Below are positions 59,419-64,000 of a DNA stretch of 64,000 bases, piece by piece (positions within the stretch are counted from its first letter, which is position 1; the number at the start of each line of letters is the position of its first letter). A model generated the notes under the pieces. It was not told where the DNA came from and ran no database searches. It saw only the letters and a program-made list of their open reading frames with translations. The translations under genes were made by a program, and so were the position numbers. The stretch spans positions 486,779 through 550,778 of the forward strand of contig CAVOGR010000002.1 of assembly GCA_963695555.1 (NCBI GenBank), written 5' to 3'. Origin of the DNA: an uncultured Gemmatimonadales bacterium (lineage in GTDB: Bacteria; Gemmatimonadota; Gemmatimonadetes; Gemmatimonadales; GWC2-71-9).

Positions 59419-59943
59419 TCAGGCACCCGCCTGCAGCAGATCGTCGAGGTCCAGCGCCTCAGTCACCATCTGGAGTGCGCCATCGGGCCCCCGAGGCCAT
59501 GCCTCGATGGGCCGGTCGTAGTAGAGCTCGATGCCGTTGCCGTCCGGATCTCGAAGGTAGAGGGCCTCGCTCACTCCGTGATCCGCGGCGCCTTGGAGTG
59601 GAACCGCAAACTCGAGCAACCGACGAAACGCCACGGCCAGGGCGGCTCGGTTCGGGTAACGAAAGGCGACGTGGTACAGTCCGGTGGAGCGGGGAGCCGG
59701 TGGCATGCCGCCCTTCGACTCCCAGGTGTTCAAGCCGACATGATGGTGATACCCGCCGGCGCTCAGGAACGCGGCCTCGGAACCCAGCCGCTGCGTCACC
59801 TGAAAGCCGAGCACGTCGCGATAAAACCGGACGGCACGCTCGAGGTCCGCGACTTTCAGATGGACGTGTCCGACGACGGTTGCGGCATCGATCGGTGTCG
59901 ATCGCAGGGAATCAGACTCGTGGCTCAGCGGTGGAGCCTCCAA
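59419..59943 (-). CDS. VOC family protein (CatE-like)
   Basis: GHVHLKV, GGYHHHVGLNTW, GLYHVA, DHGVSEALYL.DPDGN. Confidence 0.9.
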   Translation of the reverse strand: MEAPPLSHESDSLRSTPIDAATVVGHVHLKVADLERAVRFYRDVLGFQVTQRLGSEAAFLSAGGYHHHVGLNTWESKGGMPPAPRSTGLYHVAFRYPNRAALAVAFRRLLEFAVPLQGAADHGVSEALYLRDPDGNGIELYYDRPIEAWPRGPDGALQMVTEALDLDDLLQAGA

Positions 59944-59971
59944 CCGGAGAATCGAGAGCGGTAAGAACGTA

Positions 59972-60469
59972 CTATCGAGGCGCCTCGCCCACCAGATGAC
60001 CGACCTGGGCTCGGCGGCAATAGGCGCCGTAACCTCGGAGCATGCGCCACGCGAACCAGACGGTGAGGAGTCCGCCAGCTATCAGCGGCGCGTACACGAT
60101 GAACGCAGCCACCGGAGGAACGATTGCGGCCAGGAAGAGGCCCAGAACCACGCCAAGCGTGCCGACGGCCACGGCGGCGAAGATTAGCGCGTAGGTGACG
60201 CTGAGCCACACGAGGTGGGAGAGGAACCATGGCTCGGGCGCCGCCCGCCGAAACCGGACCGCCCAGAACAGGCACAGGAAGCCGAGGGCTGCACCGACGC
60301 CGGCAGCCTCGAGCACGGTGCCGATACCGATGGGCATCGCGCGACCGGCAAGGCCGGCCACAACCCAGGCGAGGAGGGCCAGGCCGACGAGGTACGCCAG
60401 GTGTCCCAGGAATGACTCGTAACGCGTCGGAGCGGAGTGGCACGTTGCGCGGCCAAACCGCTCGAGCAT
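59972..60469 (-). CDS. Membrane protein
   Basis: About 4 TM segments. Confidence 0.55.
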   Translation of the reverse strand: MLERFGRATCHSAPTRYESFLGHLAYLVGLALLAWVVAGLAGRAMPIGIGTVLEAAGVGAALGFLCLFWAVRFRRAAPEPWFLSHLVWLSVTYALIFAAVAVGTLGVVLGLFLAAIVPPVAAFIVYAPLIAGGLLTVWFAWRMLRGYGAYCRRAQVGHLVGEAPR

Positions 60470-60551
60470 GGGGTCGAGAATGATGCGGATCAGGTGCCGC
60501 TCCGGCTAGCGGATGAAACGGTCGTTCCGACGCTGCACGCACGCGCACGTA

Positions 60552-61184
60552 CTAGGCCGCGTACCGGATCACCGCAACGAAGTGGCACGCAGTGCCAATC
60601 AGAACGCAAAGGTGCCATATGAAATGACTATAGCGCAGCCGCTTCGCGGTGTAGAATCCTACGCCGCCGGTATAGGCCAGGCCCCCGGCCAGGAGCCAGA
60701 GCAAGCCAGCACGAGGCATCCGTTGCCAGAGCGGCTGAACGGCAATCAGCGCCAGCCAGCCCATGGCCAGGTAGAGCGCAGTGGAGACCTTTGGATACCG
60801 AAAGCCGGCGAAGGCGCGAAAGATCACACCAGCCAACGCGAGGCCCCAGATGGCCCCGAACAGCGTCCATCCCCATCCGCCACGCAGTACCCCCAGCGTG
60901 AACGGCGTGTAGCTGCCAGCGATGAGCAAGAAGATCGCACCATGATCGAGGATCCGAAAAACCCGCTTGACACGAGGGTGCGGTACTGCGTGGTAGAGCG
61001 TGGAGGTGAGGTAAACGGCGGCCATGGTGGCCGCAAAGACGCTCACGCCCACAACCTGCCCAGCGCCATGGGGTAGTGCGGCAAGGATCAGGACGGGAGT
61101 CACCGAGATTACGGCTAAGAAGCCGATTCCGTGGCTCACGCTGTTCGCGATCTCTTCTCCGAGCGACTGTGGACGAGCGATCAA
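60552..61184 (-). CDS. Hemolysin III/PAQR (TrhA) family protein
   Basis: EEIANSVSHG, STLYH, DHGAIFLLIAGSYTP, HFIWHL. Confidence 0.92.
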   Translation of the reverse strand: MIARPQSLGEEIANSVSHGIGFLAVISVTPVLILAALPHGAGQVVGVSVFAATMAAVYLTSTLYHAVPHPRVKRVFRILDHGAIFLLIAGSYTPFTLGVLRGGWGWTLFGAIWGLALAGVIFRAFAGFRYPKVSTALYLAMGWLALIAVQPLWQRMPRAGLLWLLAGGLAYTGGVGFYTAKRLRYSHFIWHLCVLIGTACHFVAVIRYAA

Positions 61185-61309
61185 TCAATCCCCTATCGAC
61201 AATTCTGAATCCGGCATTGCGGAGCCCTGGTCGGGAAGATGTAATCTAGCGGGTGCCGCCCCGTTTCGGCTTGACCAGTCCCTTCTGGTCCGATCGAAAT
61301 CGTCCGGAT

Positions 61310-61708
61310 TCATTGCGGCAGGGAATACTCGAATTCGTAGTGGTGGGCACCGTCCACGATGTTGATCGTGAAGCGGCCGCTGATGCCGGTGAGCTCCTCG
61401 GTGCCGGAATCGGGCACAACCGTGATGGACTGTTCTTGTGCCCCGCGGTTCATGGTGGCCGAGTGCTGGAACACGAAACTCCCCTTGCGTCCATGTATGG
61501 TGCCAGCGACTCGCTCGATGGCCACGTAGCCCGCCGATCCCTTGGTGGGTGTGACGGCCGTGAGCATGGCGCCCGCGCCAACGGCGACCAGGTCGCCGGC
61601 GAACTCCTTTTCGAGGGCCATCCGTCCGAGTGACATCCCCGCCACTTCCTCCGGTGGGGACAACGGCTTCATGGAAACGTTGAATGTGCCAATGGCGCGC
61701 TTCGTCAT
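61310..61708 (-). CDS. DUF3224 protein
   Basis: K.F.GDL, GSAGYVAIE.V.G...GRKGSF..QH, VVPDSGT.EL.G. Confidence 0.88.
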   Translation of the reverse strand: MTKRAIGTFNVSMKPLSPPEEVAGMSLGRMALEKEFAGDLVAVGAGAMLTAVTPTKGSAGYVAIERVAGTIHGRKGSFVFQHSATMNRGAQEQSITVVPDSGTEELTGISGRFTINIVDGAHHYEFEYSLPQ

Positions 61709-61752
61709 GTGGTCGGGTCCTAAGGTCACGTGAAATGGTTGACTGCGATCGA

Positions 61753-62176
61753 CTAAGCGAGTTTGAACGAGAACATCACCGCTTCGCCCGGCGGCTCGGT
61801 GCCCCCGGCGGATGCGTAGAGGCGGATCGCCGGTACATTGGCGCGTTCCGTGAGGACCCAGGCTTCGATGCACCCAAGCTCGCGGGCCGCCTCGAGGAGG
61901 GCTTGGAGCAGCTTCTTGCCCACGCCCTGTGTCCGATAGGAGGCCGCAACACCGACCTCGTTGAGCCAGAACTCGGGAGCCTTGTCCGGATGGATGTAGT
62001 GGACTCCCGACGCGAACCCCACGACGTGTGTCCCATCTATCGCAACCGCGATGTGATGACGCGGGTCACTCAGGAACTCGGCGGCGAGCGCTGGCTCAAC
62101 CGCATGGTCGATCTTCCGGCGCGACCGACGCGAGGACGGATTCGTCGCCAGATCCGAGCATCGCGATCCGTATCAT
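61753..62176 (-). pseudogene. GNAT acetyltransferase, frameshift near 62112
   Basis: MIRIAMLGSGDESVL...DHAV...FLSDPRHH...GFASGVHY.HPDK...NEVGV...QGVG. Confidence 0.78.
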
Positions 62177-62722
62177 GGCCCCGTCCCTGGGACGGAGGCA
62201 AACGGGCTACTTCGCGTCGGTTGGCAGTCCTCCAGGATCGTGCCGTCCGGCGCCACCGTGAGTTCGACCTCCTCGTTGTCAACGGTTTCCAGCACGATTT
62301 CGTATCCCTCCAACTCGTCCACCCCATTCTCGACCGCCGTGACGGCCATCATCTCTTTGAGTGTGGCCTTCGAGTATGCCTGGGCGACAGCCTTCACAAC
62401 TGCCTCGGGAAGATTTCTCGCCGCGACCTCCCGTTCCCCAATTGTGGATCCCGCCGTCCTCCTTGATGTCGGCCTCGAACTCCCGGCCCTCTTGCACCAT
62501 CTCGATATCGTAGACCACGACGCCGTCTTCCTGTTCCTTGGTCCACTGCTGGATCTCGGCCTTGGGGAATTTCGCGTTCAGGGCCTCCATCACCGGTTGC
62601 GGGATGCCGGTCAGGTCGACCTTGCCCTTCTCCTGAGAGGCGGCCGGCACCGCCATGAGTGATTCTACCACGATGGCCGAGACCGGCACGCCGGCCAACC
62701 TGCTCATCAGATGTGCAATCAT
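62173..62722 (-). pseudogene. PepSY-like repeat secreted protein, frameshifted
   Basis: IPQPVMEAL..KFP...YDIE...DG and V.KAV...YEI....DGTIL repeats in different frames. Confidence 0.65.
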
Positions 62723-62780
62723 AGATGCCCCCTCACTCCGGTTGGCATGAGCAACAAGGCTCGACGGAACCCGTCCGTGG

Positions 62781-63278
62781 CTACAGCATCGCCGGGTTCC
62801 GCTGCCATAAGGCATAGGTGAGCGCCGTCGCGAAGGTAACCCACGCGAGATACGGCACGAGCAGTACGCCTGCCAGGCGACGCGAGCGCCAGAAGACCCG
62901 GATCGTGAGCAGCAGCAGGGTCCAGAGAACGAGGATCTCCAGCAGCGCGAGACCCCCCGAACGCCACCGAAAGAAGATCCAGGTCCAGAGCGCGTTGAAC
63001 ACCAGTTGCACCAGGTACAGGGTGATCGCGGGCCGGGCGCCGGGCCAGCCGGACGTTCGGATCACGAGCCACGCGGCGACTGCCATGAGCAGGTAGAGCG
63101 CGGTCCAGACCGGCCCGAAGACGGCGGCCGGGGGAGCCCACGCCGGCTGGGCCAGCTGCTGGTAGAAGTCGGCCGCCTGAATCGAGGCGATCGACCCGGC
63201 CGCGGCCGCCGCTCCGGTCACAACCAGGAGGAGTACCAGCGCTCCCCAGTGGCGGTGCCGAGGGGCGATGAAGTTCAC
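62781..63278 (-). CDS. tspO: TspO/MBR tryptophan-rich sensory protein
   Basis: FYQQL.QP.WAPP..VFGPVWT.LY, QL.FNALW, PYLAWV.FA. Confidence 0.92.
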   Translation of the reverse strand: MNFIAPRHRHWGALVLLLVVTGAAAAAGSIASIQAADFYQQLAQPAWAPPAAVFGPVWTALYLLMAVAAWLVIRTSGWPGARPAITLYLVQLVFNALWTWIFFRWRSGGLALLEILVLWTLLLLTIRVFWRSRRLAGVLLVPYLAWVTFATALTYALWQRNPAML

Positions 63279-63714
63279 CCGGAGGCCTCCCTTGCGGTGG
63301 GTGGAGCATCGCCCCAGTGCGCACCGGGCTGATACGTGCCGAAGTACCACTGGTGCCCTTCGGGGTCTTGGGCCATGTAACCCCGGGAGCCGTAATCCTC
63401 GTCTTTCAGTTCCTGGAGGACTTTGGCACCGGCTGTCTTCGCCCTCGCGTAGTGGGCGTCGGGGTCATCGACCCGTACGCACAGCGCGTGGCTCACGCCG
63501 CTGAGGCTCTGGGGTCCCACGCGGCCAGCCGCGGGTTTGGGGGAACTCACCATGATCACGCCGGGACCGAGGCTCAATTCCGAGTGCACCACGGTGCCAT
63601 CGGGGCCTGGCACGACGAGCCGAGCGGTGAAACCGAATGCGCGGCAGAGCCACTCAATGGCCGCCTGAGCGTCTGCATATGATAAGGAAGGGTAGATGTT
63701 CGGCGTGTCGGTAT
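63275..63714 (-). CDS. VOC/bleomycin-resistance family protein; native start lost at the junction
   Basis: IYPSLSYADAQAAIEWLCRAFGF...HSEL...DPEGHQWYFGTY. Confidence 0.8.
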
Positions 63715-64000
63715 CCCATTTAGCCCCCTGTTTGATCCATTTCTTTAAAATCCTGATCTCTTCCTTTTTAAGCGGCTCTTTTTAGTAAGGCATTCTTTCC
63801 TCCGGATCTTCGCTGACAAGCCGCCGAATCATTTCACTTTATTCGGATGACCGGGAATAATTGCGGGAGATCCGGATTTTGTATTTCCCTTTGCCTGTTC
63901 TTCAAAAAGCAAACTAAATCCACCGTTTTGTTTCACACCACCATGACATGAAATACAATGCGCATTGAGAATGGGTTTTACCTGGGTATTATAATCGATG
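63715..64000 (-). pseudogene. AT-rich fragment of a planctomycete-type cytochrome c domain gene
   Basis: IDYNTQVKPILNAHCISCHGGVKQNGG...RMPY...WIKQGAKW; CxxCH; one indel and one in-frame stop. Confidence 0.8.

Noticed and set aside
1..64000. rRNA, tRNA, transposase, integrase or prophage genes
   Set aside because: None recognised by eye

Overview
GC-rich bacterial DNA. Gene content and style suggest Gemmatimonadota, but that is an inference. From left to right the window holds: (1) a minus-strand metal-uptake operon (permease, solute-binding protein, outer-membrane barrel) led by a Cys/His-containing leader ORF that ends in a RAPP arrest motif; (2) mazEF; (3) a three-subunit 4-hydroxybenzoyl-CoA-reductase-like molybdoenzyme; (4) a 2-oxoacid oxidoreductase whose gamma subunit is fused to a GltD/DsrL-like flavo-iron-sulfur module; (5) a glycosyltransferase/sulfotransferase/deacetylase cluster; (6) a long run of small, mostly minus-strand accessory genes, including an ECF sigma/Ser-Thr kinase pair, a heme oxygenase with a coupled micropeptide, a DEAD-box helicase and aqpZ. 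Several genes are frameshifted, probably by sequencing indels. The last ~285 bp switch abruptly to AT-rich DNA from an unrelated cytochrome-c-domain gene. The strongest leads are the RAPP leader, whose codons can pair with the downstream Shine-Dalgarno; a NiCo-riboswitch-like RNA ahead of a cation transporter; the Glu-to-Gln molybdoenzyme; and the gamma-flavoprotein fusion. All family assignments come from motif recognition by eye, not from database searches.
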